Below are positions 1-11,370 of a stretch of 64,000 nucleotides of DNA, piece by piece. This DNA comes from the human T2T-CHM13v2.0 reference genome, Homo sapiens. Every line of letters starts with the position of its first letter. The stretch's first letter is position 1. The stretch lies in assembly GCF_009914755.1 (NCBI RefSeq), contig NC_060932.1; one strand, given 5' to 3'. The translations under genes and the position numbers were made by a program. The notes under the pieces were generated by a model that saw only the letters and a program-made list of their open reading frames with translations, was not told the DNA's origin and searched no databases.

Positions 1-720
1 CATCCACCCACCCACCCCATCCACCCATCCATCCACTCATCCATCCATCTATCTACCCACCCTCCCATTCACTTCATCCATCCATCCATCCATCCATCCA
101 ACCATCCATCATCTATCTATCCATCCATCCATCCATCCATCCACCCACCTATCCATCCATGTACCTACACAGCCATTCACCTCATCCATCCACCCATCCA
201 CCCACTCATCATTTCATCTGCCCATCCATCTATTCACCTACCTCACCCATCCATCTGCTCACCTCATCCATCCATCCACTCATCCATCTACCCACCCACC
301 TACCTCACCCATCAATCCATCTCATCCATCCATTCATCCATCCATCCATCCATCCATCCATCCATCCAATCCATCCATCCACCCATCTATCCATCCATCT
401 ACCTACCCGCACATTCACCTCACCATCCATCCGTCCATCCACCCACCCACTCATCTTTTTATCTACCCATCCATCTACCCACCCACCCACCTCACCCATC
501 CACCCACCTCATCCATCCATGCATCCATCCATCCATCCACCCATCCATCTACCCACACACCTACCTACCTCACCCATCCATCTACTCACCTCACCCATCC
601 ATCCATCCATCTACCCACTTACCCACCCACCTCACCCATCAACCCAGTTCATCATCCATCCATCCATCCATCCATCCATTGTCCATCCATGCATCCACCC
701 ATCTATCCATGCATCTATCA

Positions 721-755
<35 letters not shown>

Positions 756-1108
756 CACCCACCCATCCATTCACCCACCCACGCATCCAACCATCCATAT
801 AACCAATCACCCACTTCACCTATCCACCCACCTCATCCATCCACTCATCCATCCATCCATCCATCCATCCATCCATCCATCCATTCATCCATCCACACAC
901 CCATCCATCCATCTACCCACTCACCTCAACTATCCATTCATCCATTCACCCATTCACCCATCCATCTACCCACCCACACACCCACATCACCCATCCATCC
1001 TTCCATCCATCCATCCATCCACCCACCCACCCACCCATCCACCTCACCCATTCATCTATCCACTCATCCATCCATCCATCCATCCATCCATCCATCCATC
1101 CATCCATC
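1..1108. repeat. Degenerate (CCAT/CCAC)n simple repeat with an embedded (TCTA)n tract (~712-755), in CLXN intron 5
   Basis: Directly visible; explains the spurious P/H/S/I-rich ORFs. Confidence 0.97.
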
Positions 1109-1114
1109 TCTCAT

Positions 1115-1940
1115 TACTAGACACACACCATGTGCTACACACAGGGTATGGGGAAACACAGTGAAACAAAGACTAAGTTCCTGGCCTCAGTGAGCTGACA
1201 TGTACAAGGCGAGACAGATATACCTAGGTAATAAAAAGAGCTGCTAAGTAAAAGAAAGAAAGAAGGGCTGGGGGATGAACAGGGAAGATTGTTAAGATGG
1301 TCAAGACAGGGCTCTGTGAGGAAGTGGCATTGCAGCAGAGACTGGATGAAGTGAGAAAATGAGGCCCAGGAGGGTCTGGGGAAAGGGCTTCTGGACAGAG
1401 GCAGCAGCAAGTGCACAGGCATGGAGGAGGCACATGAGCCAGAGGCTGTGGCTCCAGCAGCAAGAGAGAAGGGAGATGATAGGACATGTGGGTGGAGAGA
1501 GGGAAATGGCCCACTGGGTCCACTTCAGAACCCTCTGGGGGGTTTTGAGCATGGGAGGGGCCTGGCAGCATTTGCATTTTAAACATACTGGACATTGTTG
1601 AGAAAAGTCAGTAGGGGATGACAGTGGAAGCCAGAAAGCTAACAATCTAGGCTAGGTAACATATAACAGTGGCTTAACTTAGAGTGGTGGCAAACAGATG
1701 TGAGGAGAAGAGGCTATATTCAAGGACATATTTTGGAGGTGTAGCTAACAGTGTTAAAAGAGAGAAATTAAAGATGGCCCCTAGGTTTTGACTGAACAAC
1801 TGGGCGTATGTGGTTGCCACTTATTGAGATAGGGAAGACTGGGGGATGGGTGAGTTTTGGGGAAAAGTCAAAAATGTGTTGAGGAGATCTAAGTGGACAT
1901 GTTGAGTAGGCGGCAGGAGACACATGCTAGGGCTGGGAAG
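1115..1940 (-). mobile_element. L2 LINE fragment(s)
   Basis: Purine-rich stretches typical of antisense L2, e.g. gagatagggaagactgg and gagatctaagtggacatgttgagtaggc. Confidence 0.6.
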
Positions 1941-2364
1941 AGTGATACTGTTTCTATATCACATCACACTGCCTGCCTCAATCTTCCAGGGATGCCTCAT
2001 CACCTTCAAGACTAAATCTGAGCTCCAAGCTCCACAAGCTGTGCTTCTGCAGCCTCATCACCAGCCTCAGAGCACACCAAAACCTCGTCCAGTGCAGATG
2101 CATTTGCATCTCTTGTTCCATCTCTTTCTTTCTCTCTCTCTATCTCTCTCTGTCTCTCTTTTGTGCATACATCACCCATTGCTCAGATTATTTTTCCCCA
2201 TCTGACCTGGCTATTTTGTCCTTTGAAAACCAGTTACTCTGATAAGCTTCCTGCCCTACCAGTCATTTACCAGTCCTCCCATACAGCTGTTTAGATGACC
2301 TCTTCTCAAGTTCCACAACACTCTACACATATCTCTATGACTCTGGCACCAGGGTACCCAGGGT

Positions 2365-2560
2365 ATTCCACTAATAAGTGAGTAAACTTGGACAAGGTGC
2401 CTAAACTCTCCAAGCCTTGGTTTCCTCATCTGGAAAATGAGGCTAATATTACTACCTACTTCACAGGGTTATTATGAGGATTAAATGAGGCAATATGAGG
2501 CTTAGTGTTTACAACGTTGCCTGGCATTGATGAAGAACATACAAGTAATTAAGTATCATT
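2365..2560 (+). mobile_element. MIR SINE
   Basis: MIR core ccttggtttcctcatctggaaaatgagg...acctacttcacagggttattatgaggattaaatgag. Confidence 0.8.
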
Positions 2561-2891
2561 ATAATAATATGTATCATACTCTTGTGTAATTATTTTCACT
2601 GGAAAATATGAGCCCTTGAGTAAAATCACTGAGCCTTTCATCTGTGCTTCTGGCACACATTAAACCTCATTAATTGTTTCTGACATGAATGAGTTAATGA
2701 ATGAAACACAGCACTGGGTCACACTAGTACCAAGAAATGAATCAGCAGGTTATTCAGTGGGCTTTCTGTATTTAAAAGGTATTCTTTCTTGGTGGACAGG
2801 ATTTGTCTGATCCACTACCCATTAAATCAAGAAGTCCTGGGTTGTTCTACATTCTACTTTGATTACCGTTCAGGGAAAGTCATATCAATAC

Positions 2892-2996
2892 CTTTGGATC
2901 AGGAAGACATGGCCCAAAGGCCTCCAGTAGAAGAGTCTCTTCTCTCACAGCCAGTTCATAGTCTGCAAAAGACAGCTTCCCATCATGGTCATGATC
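2892..2996 (-). CDS. CLXN: Calaxin coding exon 5, EF-hand loop [12 protein letters not shown]
   Basis: Not in the ORF track; read manually. Acceptor ttctcattcccctag|GAT and donor AAG|gtattg; 105 nt = [35 protein letters not shown], phase 0-0. Confidence 0.95.
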
Positions 2997-3092
2997 CTAG
3001 GGGAATGAGAAACATGTTAGGCAACACGTAAAATGATTACTGCAAATACATGCTCTTTTCATAGTCAAGTGTTAATTTAAAAAAATGTGCTA

Positions 3093-3385
<293 letters not shown>

Positions 3386-3569
3386 GTGCTAGAAAAATAA
3401 GAGGTTAGGTGGTGAAACTGAAAAGAACTATTAATATGTTGAGGAGCATAATTTATGTGTTTTATTTAAGCAAGCAGAGAACTGAAAATTATAATAATTT
3501 GAATTCTTATTTCTAGCCCATATCTGGCCCACAAATTTTAATAAAAAACTTGACATTACCCATATTTAC

Positions 3570-3721
3570 CATTTTCTTCAGTGTTATTTCAACCAAATCT
3601 TTAATTCCTTCATCAGGGTCTTCCTCAGATGGCTGTTTGAGAAGGCTGTTCTTCAACATGTGAAACATTTCCTCCTTTGAAATGAATCCGTCACCATTCA
3701 AATCAAACACTTCAAAGCAAT
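3570..3721 (-). CDS. CLXN: Calaxin coding exon 4, EF-hand loop [12 protein letters not shown]
   Basis: Acceptor ttttcttaaaaag|AT and donor ATG|gtaaat; 152 nt, phase 1-0; [19 protein letters not shown] is an NCS/calcineurin-B-like motif. Confidence 0.96.
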
Positions 3722-4389
3722 CTTTTTAAGAAAATAACAAATCATGAATTTGATGCTATCAGTAAGGTAATATTTTCTCTGATAAACTTTTCAGGGCCAA
3801 GTTCTATCTTGATGCTGTACCCACAGGTCTTAGTGCAGCCTGATTTGCATTGTAAGTGTCAACGTATACTAGGATATATACAATAATCCTTAGAAAATAT
3901 TTCCTGATTCTCAATTATGAAAAAGCATACCAAGGAACAGTAACTTGAATATCTTCACCTTGAAACTCTTGGAAAACTGATTGAAATATGGCTCATAAGC
4001 AGAGTTCATCAGAATTAATTGAGAGTTAATTAAGAATAAGAACACTTGAATCAATATTCTCTAGTTTTATGGTTACAATTCAAGTAATGAAATCTGTCAA
4101 ATGCTTAACATATAAATGTATATGTACATAATTAGCATATGTAGTAATGCCTATGGTGTCTTCCTTCGCATAAATTACTCCTCAGAATCACTTGAGTTTT
4201 CTTTTTATTAACTTTCTTTCATATTTTATTGACTTGAATTCATTCCATAAAATAGGTTAGTGGGATTCAAACCAACTAACCAGCCAACCAACAAACCCAC
4301 TTTACTGTCTTGGTTGAAAGACACTGATTTAAGTGCTTTAGATATGTTATTCATAATGTACGAACCAATAGGACAACCTGCAATCTTAC

Positions 4390-4494
4390 ATTTCATTTTT
4401 TCTTCCAAAGATCCTCGAAGAAACAGTGATAATCCATGAATCCACTCCAATACATTTACACAGCCATCATTATCTTTATCAAAACCTCGGAATA
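4390..4494 (-). CDS. CLXN: Calaxin coding exon 3, EF-hand loop DKDNDGCVNVLE
   Basis: Acceptor ctctccctttag|TA and donor AAAT|gtaaga; 105 nt, phase 1-1; canonical DxDxDG EF-hand loop. Confidence 0.96.
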
Positions 4495-5197
4495 CTAAAG
4501 GGAGAGAGGTTAAATGGAACACCTGTCCTGCATAATAACTCTCAGTAAAGTATCTACATTGGCATCACTCACTTTTAAAATTAAGAGAACACTTCAGCTT
4601 GTGAAGTCCAATATTCTCATTTGACGAAAGAGGAAACTAAGACATCATAATATCATGAAACTCTTTTATTAAACATTCAATTTTTAAAATGTTTTTGTGG
4701 GAACAAATACAATTCTCAATGTCTAAGTATATTAATCATTATTTAATAATAAATATGTTGCTATAAAATATGTTGGTCATATTAGATAAATATATGAATA
4801 TAAATAAAATACTTAATAGTTTTGTTACTCAAGTCATTACTTGATGCATAGAATTATATCTTGTCACTGAAATATCTTCTATGATGTAAAGAATGTAAAT
4901 GTCCTTTTAAAACTATTCTATTTATTATGTTTATTAAGTGGAAATCGAAATGTTTTAGGTTTTCTGATATAAGGTAAGAGAAAGATGTCAACATGACTTT
5001 GTCTTCTTCTTAAATACACAAAATAAAGCCAATATTACCTCCTTTTCTATGATCTTCTCAAAATTAAATTTGTATATTCCAATGACACTGGGAATGCAAA
5101 ACACTAAGCTTCCTACCAAGAGGATGTCCAAGCACCAAACCCTTTTTTTTTCAGTTATGGCTGGATTTGGCTAATTTGAATCTTGTGTGTCTCTTAC

Positions 5198-5353
5198 CTC
5201 TGTCCATAATCATGTCATCTGTCATTCCAAATGTCACATGCAGGATGTTTCGAAATGCATTACGATCCAGTCCAACAACCAGACCTTGCCTCTCTACTCC
5301 TCCCACCAAGTCATAAAAAAGCTTTATAAGACAGTTCACTTCAAATTTATTAA
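5198..5353 (-). CDS. CLXN: Calaxin coding exon 2 (FNKFEVNCLIKLFYDLVGGVERQGLVVGLDRNAFRNILHVTFGMTDDMIMDR)
   Basis: Acceptor ttattatttcag|TT and donor AGAG|gtaaga; 156 nt, phase 1-1; overlaps ORF 5151..5339. Confidence 0.96.
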
Positions 5354-6389
5354 CTGAAATAATAAAATAGATATAACAAAAATGAACCCTTAATCTTTAA
5401 GTTCTAACTTAAATTTTGCAATAAGTTTACAGACAAACAACGTCAAAGACATCAAATAGGTAATTGTCAATAGAAGACTCTCCTGTTTTGAGATTCATGA
5501 ACCCTTAACTTAATAGAAATAAAAAAAGCAGCATACCCTCCAAACAGGAATTCCCATGTTTAGGGAAAAAATACGATAGTATTAGCCAAGTTACTAGAAT
5601 AATGATGGTGGTGTCGGATTCTAAACTCTACAAGGCTAGTAGAAATACGTCTCAAAATAAGAATGGTAAGACTAAAGAATGGTAACTTTTTCTCAGTATT
5701 TTTACCATGGCATTTACGAGATTTACAACTTCTTTTCCCTGGAAATAGATGTCAGATTCATGAGAATTAGGTAACAATTTTCATTTCAGTTTAGCCTTCA
5801 TTAATTCATAAGCCAGATTTTGGAAACTAGAGTCACCAGTTTTCCAATAAAAAAGCTTTAAAGCATATTTTAGCACCCAATATGGCTCTTCTTGAGGATT
5901 ACGTAAAAATTAACATGCAACTATTCAGTAATAGTTTGGAGGAAGGAAATTTTTATTTAAAGGATATACACACAAACAGATACTTGCTCATACACATTAT
6001 TGTATAAAGGACCATGGTTATAAATACCGAGTTAATTATTTGTGTTCCAATCCCCATTTGAGAATGTAGGTGGAAGGGTTATTGCCTGGTCTTGATAATA
6101 TAAAAGCTCAAATACCAAGTATGGGCGGAAGTTGGGGAAAATTTATTTTGAAACCAGTCAAAACTGTGATTGAGCATTTTAACAAACAAGGACAAAACCT
6201 GTGTGTGTATAACAGAAGACAGCATCTAGGAATGGAAAAATCACACCTCATCCTAGAGGTCAGTACAGGCATTTGTGGGATTTCTGGTTTGGAAAACCAC
6301 ATTTAAAGAGAAACACTAAAAAGTCTGGGAAAAAAGATTCAGCAAATAAATAGTAGGAAACAATATAATGGTTATGATTTCAAAAACAG

Positions 6390-6965
6390 CTGTTAGTCAC
6401 TGTGGAAAACAGTATGATAGCTCCTCATAAAAATTAAACACAATTATTGCGTGATCCAGGAATTCTACTTCTATTTACATACTCAGAAGAACTGAAAGCA
6501 GGAACCTGTACAACAATGTTCATAGTGTCATCATTCACAACAGTCAAAAGACAGATGCAAGAGTCCATCAATGGAGGAATGGATAGACAAAATGTGGTGT
6601 ATTCATACAATGAAATATCATTCAGCCTTAAAAAGGAAGAAAATTCTGACACATAGATGAACATTTATGGATATTGCACTTAGTCAAATAAGCCAGACAC
6701 AAAAGGACACATATTGTATGATTCCTCTTATATAAGGTACTTAGTCAGATTTATAGAGACAAAGTAGAATGATAGTTGCCAGGGACTAGGATGAGGAGGG
6801 AATGGTGAGTTAACATTTAATGGGTAGAGTTTCCACTGGGAACAATGAACAAGTTACGGAGGTGGATGGTGGTGTTGCAAGCAGAACAGTGTGAATGTAC
6901 TTAATGCCATGAAATTAAGCACTTAAAATGGTTAAAATAGTAAATTTCATGTTATATGTAACCAC
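6390..6965 (+). mobile_element. L1M (L1MB-like) 3' end in CLXN intron 1
   Basis: Degenerate ORF2 C-terminus and 3'UTR: gtggaaaacagtatg...aataagccagacacaaaaggac...cacttaaaatggttaaaatagtaaatttcatg. Confidence 0.85.
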
Positions 6966-8942
6966 ATACACACACACACACAAACCTCCTAAAAAGCAAG
7001 AGCTGTTAGTTGTTGCGGAAGAAAAGCCTGCATGAAGAATGATGTACTCTGTTCATGTACATAAAATGGTAGCAGAGGGGATGTTGGTTAGCCATTTTTC
7101 CATCTCAGCTGAAATAAAAATTTTTAAAAACTAGTTTAATTTATTACCCAAAGGATCAAAGGTTAGCCATAAGAAAACTTTTATTGCTAAACATTTCTTA
7201 AATTCTAGAATACAATACTAAATGAAACAAGAAAATTCAAGAATAGGTTTTCATCTTCTTGGAATGCTGTGAATGTGTCCTGCAGAACATATCTGTAGAA
7301 CAGTGCATGAACTAGATGTTCTCTTAAGATCTTTCACTCTTCTTTGATTCTACAAAATTTATCCATTGAATCTTGATAGCTTTATTGTCTTGCAACTAAA
7401 ACAAAATTTAACTTTAGGGGAAAGTTCTTCCGTTAAAGAAAATTTAAAATTATTATAATGTCCATGACGTATAACTATTTCTATAGACTTTAACTAATAA
7501 TCATCTAAGTTTGTAAGACTCATTGAAAATTTTTTAGTAAACAAAAAAATCAAGAGCAGACTTTTTCCTGCCATATTTTTACTTACCTTTAAAAATATAC
7601 ACTCACCTTTTGATTGTTCACAGAATGATTGTCTGCAATGCATTCAAACTTACCGAACAGAGACTAAATCAAATTCAAACTTACGGAAAGGGACAAAATC
7701 AGTATTGTGTATAGCAGCTATTGCATTGTTTTTGAATATTTATCAAAAATGTTTACTAGATGTTTACTAGAAGAATACCTATTCTCCCAGAAATGAAAGT
7801 GTTTTAAGAAAAACAATAACAGAACAAAACCCTCATCAGAGTATAGTAGTCATAATAATATCTTAAATTACAGGATTTTTTTCCTAAACATTTTAAGATG
7901 CGTACACACACCATAATATTCATTTATATCACCATCCACTAAGAGAGCATTTCTTACCAGGTATTAAATCAGATACTAATGATAATTAGAATGCACTAGA
8001 TCTTACAATCTCTAAAACTACATCAACATGTTTATTCCTTCTTTTTTGAGCGACTCGGTTATTTGGGGGATTGTTGCTTCTGTTTCTTCAAGTGGCCAGT
8101 AGTTTTGCAATTAGCACACACAACTTCTAAGTTTGCTCGACAGGAAATTATCTTCCTCATCTAAACCATACCCACGGCTTCCTTGCTAAAGTGCAATTAT
8201 GTTTTTCAGTCTGAATATAAACTCAAAGTTTCCTATGAAATTCTAGGACCACCCTTTCAAATGCGAGATTAGAGCAGGTGCCTTCAAATAGGGCTCATCT
8301 TGTCACCTGCAAAGTCTCCTTTATCTTTCAACACCAGGGGCCACTGGAAAGTGGGAGTCTAAAGTTGGGAACCCATTCTTTACCACGTGTTTAGTTGTGC
8401 TGAACTCTGGTTTCCAAACAAATATTGTTCTGAGGCACAGATGAGATGACACAACTCATCTCTCCGAAAGATGTTGAGAAGTTGAGCACCGTTTTCTCCT
8501 ATGGGTCTCTTGGTAAGCTTCCAGAACTTGGACCTGCGGGTGTATGTGCGAGCTATAAAGCAGGGTGAGTGCACGGTCTACCTTGGTGGTGCTACTTTTC
8601 TTGAGACCAGTTGGTTTTAGCATTTATTTTACACCTCATTGAGGCTAACATCACATGTTTCTATCAGGTAAAAGAAGAGGGTTGGAGAAGCAAGTAAATG
8701 CATGTGTGGGAGTGTAGGTAGCACCAGAGGCGGAGGCCTGGGTTCCTAAGATCAAACGCAAGGAGCTGGCACCCCGGGATTCCCTCTCTGACTTCTGCTT
8801 AAGGGGCCGGGGTGGAGGGGCGGTAGGTAGCCCACAGAGTCCCAGCAGGCGGGAAGCAGGCACAACAGCGGACCTTAGCACGGGGTGGGACCCAGGCTCG
8901 GTCCAGGAGCCTCGGCCTGTCCAGCACTACATTCTTACTTAC

Positions 8943-9000
8943 AATGCTTGCAATTTTTGGTTAAGGTGTCCGTCAGCTTCTGCAGTTTCTTGCGGTTCAT
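8943..9000 (-). CDS. CLXN: Calaxin (EFCAB1) coding exon 1, MNRKKLQKLTDTLTKNCKH + 1 nt
   Basis: ATG at 9000-8998 (context gccagacATG) inside the CpG island; donor CATT|gtaagt at 8942; 58 nt, ends phase 1. Confidence 0.95.
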
Positions 9001-9145
9001 GTCTGGCGCTCAGAGAATCGGGCCGCGGCGGGGGTCTCTGGGCGCGCGGCTACCGAGACCCTCGCGGGACCCCCGCGAGCCCTGGTGCTGGGTCAACGCG
9101 GTGAGGTCTCAGTTACTGATCTCGTGCGCGGCCCTAACAGACGGT

Positions 9146-9159
9146 GTAGCCAAGGCAAC
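9146..9159. promoter_or_regulatory. RFX X-box GTAGCCAAGGCAAC
   Basis: Exact match to GTNRCC-N2-RGYAAC, ~150 bp upstream of the ATG of a ciliary gene. Confidence 0.8.
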
Positions 9160-9171
9160 GGCTCAGCCCGC

Positions 9172-9229
9172 CGCGGATTGGCTCCCAGGCTGCCCGCGAC
9201 GTAGCCAAAGCTACAGCTGGGCCCCGCCC
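9172..9229 (-). promoter_or_regulatory. NF-Y CCAAT box (9177-9181) and GC box (9221-9229)
   Basis: Minus strand reads GAGCCAATCCG; plus strand GCCCCGCCC; typical proximal-promoter positions. Confidence 0.65.
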
Positions 9230-9696
9230 ATCGGCTCAGCGACTGCTCGCGCTGGGTTCTCGGTGCGCGGTGCCGCCGGCAGGGTCCCAGCTGGCCGCCT
9301 TGAGGGCTGTATTCTGACTGTTGACGTTGGAGTTTAAATGTTCAGTTGTTGCTGGCTTTTGAGTTCGCAGCCTCTTTGCTTGATTGCAGTGTAAATCATT
9401 AAAATCTGAAATGTGGTGTGCACGCTGTATGAGAGGTGTTTCGGGTCGTGAGCGTCACGCCTCAAGGGAAGGCCCAAGATCTTGGACATCTTGGGGGCTG
9501 GAGCAGCGTCACAAAATAGCAAGGTGCTGTCCAGAGGACGATCTTGCCGGGCCTCCCGTCAGAGGGCTAGAAGCTTGCTCTTTGGGCGGAGCCACTGCTT
9601 AGGTTTTCAGTCTTGGTGAGGTAACAGGAGGCAGTCTGTCACCTGAGGTCTTCGAGCTTTTAGTTGTGTTTCTGAGAGCAAGGGGAAATTGGAATA

Positions 9697-10012
9697 CAGC
9701 CACGGGTTGCCTAAGGAGCGGGACGCGTTCCGAGGTCACTAGGAGATTTCATCACTGTGTGCACATCACGGTGCACCGACACAAACCTAGATGGCCTTGC
9801 CTACTGCACGCCAGGCTGTATGGTACAACCCATTGCTTCTGGGCTGCACCCCTGCACAGCAGGTCACAGCGCGGAATGCTGCAGGCAGCTAAAACAGAGT
9901 GCTAAGCACTCTGGGGAAGGTGCAGTGTTCCAGTACAGTGTTACATCTTATGGGACCACTGTCCTAATGTTGTCTGATGTTGACTTAAATGGCGCTATGT
10001 GGCTTGTGACTG
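9697..10012. mobile_element. Tigger3a/Golem-like non-autonomous DNA transposon
   Basis: TA|CAG...CTG|TA ends; internal acacaaacctagatgg and cttatgggaccac motifs as recalled for Tigger3. Confidence 0.8.
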
Positions 10013-11297
10013 TAGTTTTTTTCTTTTCCCACTGCCCTCATCTCACTTCCAAAAGATGGAGGTTGTCTGTGGAATCTGAGGAAAGCCACGAGGAATTTTT
10101 ATACTGCTTAAATAGGCATTCCCCCCAATGAAAACGGGCTGACAACACCACTTGGGTGTGGGGTACAGCCCAATCTTGCTTTTCCGGAAAATATCTCAGC
10201 AACCTTGGTCCTTTACTTATTTGAAAGACAAGTTCTGTGCCGGCAGACAAAGGATATTCCTTACATCTTCAGGGTGGGAGGACTTTCTGCTTTTCCTGAT
10301 CACAGAGGGGATATCCTCTTTCAGCTAAGGCAGCAATAAAAAGGGGTGGCTCAGCCAGGATCACCAAATCTACAGTATTCTCCAGAGTGCCTGCTCGTTT
10401 AACTTCAGAGGGGAAAATGACAAACTATGTTATTGTACACATACTGGCATTTTTAGACTGAAGGCAGAAAAATTCTACTAACCATGAGTAATAATCCCAA
10501 ATGAAATAATTCCAATGTCGAGGCCTCTGGTTTTTCTTTACTGTTTCATTTGTTTGTGGAATGAAGGATTGGGATGCTGTTTGAAACTAGAGCAAAGGGT
10601 GCTTGGTAAAGGCATGGACTGTGTTATCCTAAAGCAAATGTCCTAACAACAGTTACCCGATATGAATTGATGGTGATTATGAGTTTGTAACAGTAGTATT
10701 TTTAAATAGTGTTTCTACATATCCCCTTGTCTAGAAGAGTGAAATTCCTGAGACCATAGAGAACAAAAGGGAAAGACTGGACATATTTGAATTATACTTA
10801 CCTGTGACACCTTATTGATTTCTGTTGGATCACAGAGCTGTAGCAAATACTTAATTCCTAGAGATTGCTGCACTGCTCACTTCAAGAGACAAGGAACCGA
10901 AAGAGTGGTTGTCAGTAATTACTAAGAGACGCTGTGGGCTCCCCACCTGATGTACTAGGCCTGTGTTGGGGAGCAGGCCTGCGCTGTTGGTGAGCACATT
11001 GGTGGTTATTTCTGGTGGCCTGGGGAGATCGCATACACCGGGTGCTTGCTATAGGTAAGCTAATTAGTTATTCCTTCACGAGTTTAAGGCCTAGAGCCCA
11101 TCAGCCATGTTCCCTTAAAGTTAAAAAAATAATAAAAAGATGTAGGGGCAATATCACAGATTGTTGAAATTAAAATATGCCGGGCCAAAACTCCTTAACC
11201 TGTTGAGCAAACTTTGTAAGTCACCTCCTCCTCTTCCACTTCTTTTATCCTCCAGTTCTTTCTTCCATGCAGTTCTTTTAGCCAAAAAAATCAACCA

Positions 11298-11340
<43 letters not shown>

Positions 11341-11370
11341 ATCTATCTATCTATCTTTCTATCTATCTAT
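11298..11370. repeat. (TCTA/TATC)n tetranucleotide STR, interrupted
   Basis: Directly visible. Confidence 0.97.

Larger units (their letters stand above)
8720..9560. promoter_or_regulatory. CpG-island promoter of CLXN
   Basis: Dense CpG and high GC around exon 1, in contrast to AT-rich, CpG-depleted flanks. Confidence 0.88.

Noticed and set aside
159-1193. 344-aa ORF and overlapping 161-aa and 64-aa ORFs
   Set aside because: Translation of the (CCAT)n repeat, which lacks stop codons; low-complexity and intronic.
2880-2891. Read-through of exon 5 to ...PDPKVLI* as the true C-terminus
   Set aside because: A usable donor AAG|GTATTG is present, I see no nearby poly(A) signal on the minus strand, and the protein as I recall it continues ~19 aa in a further exon.
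3513-5339. ORF-track proteins 3513..3710, 4226..4522 and 5151..5339 as separate genes
   Set aside because: They are CLXN exons 4, 3 and 2 with intronic read-through at their ends.
8885-9337. 150-aa plus-strand ORF antisense to CLXN exon 1
   Set aside because: Starts at GTG and lies in a GC-rich island where stops are rare; no recognisable domain.
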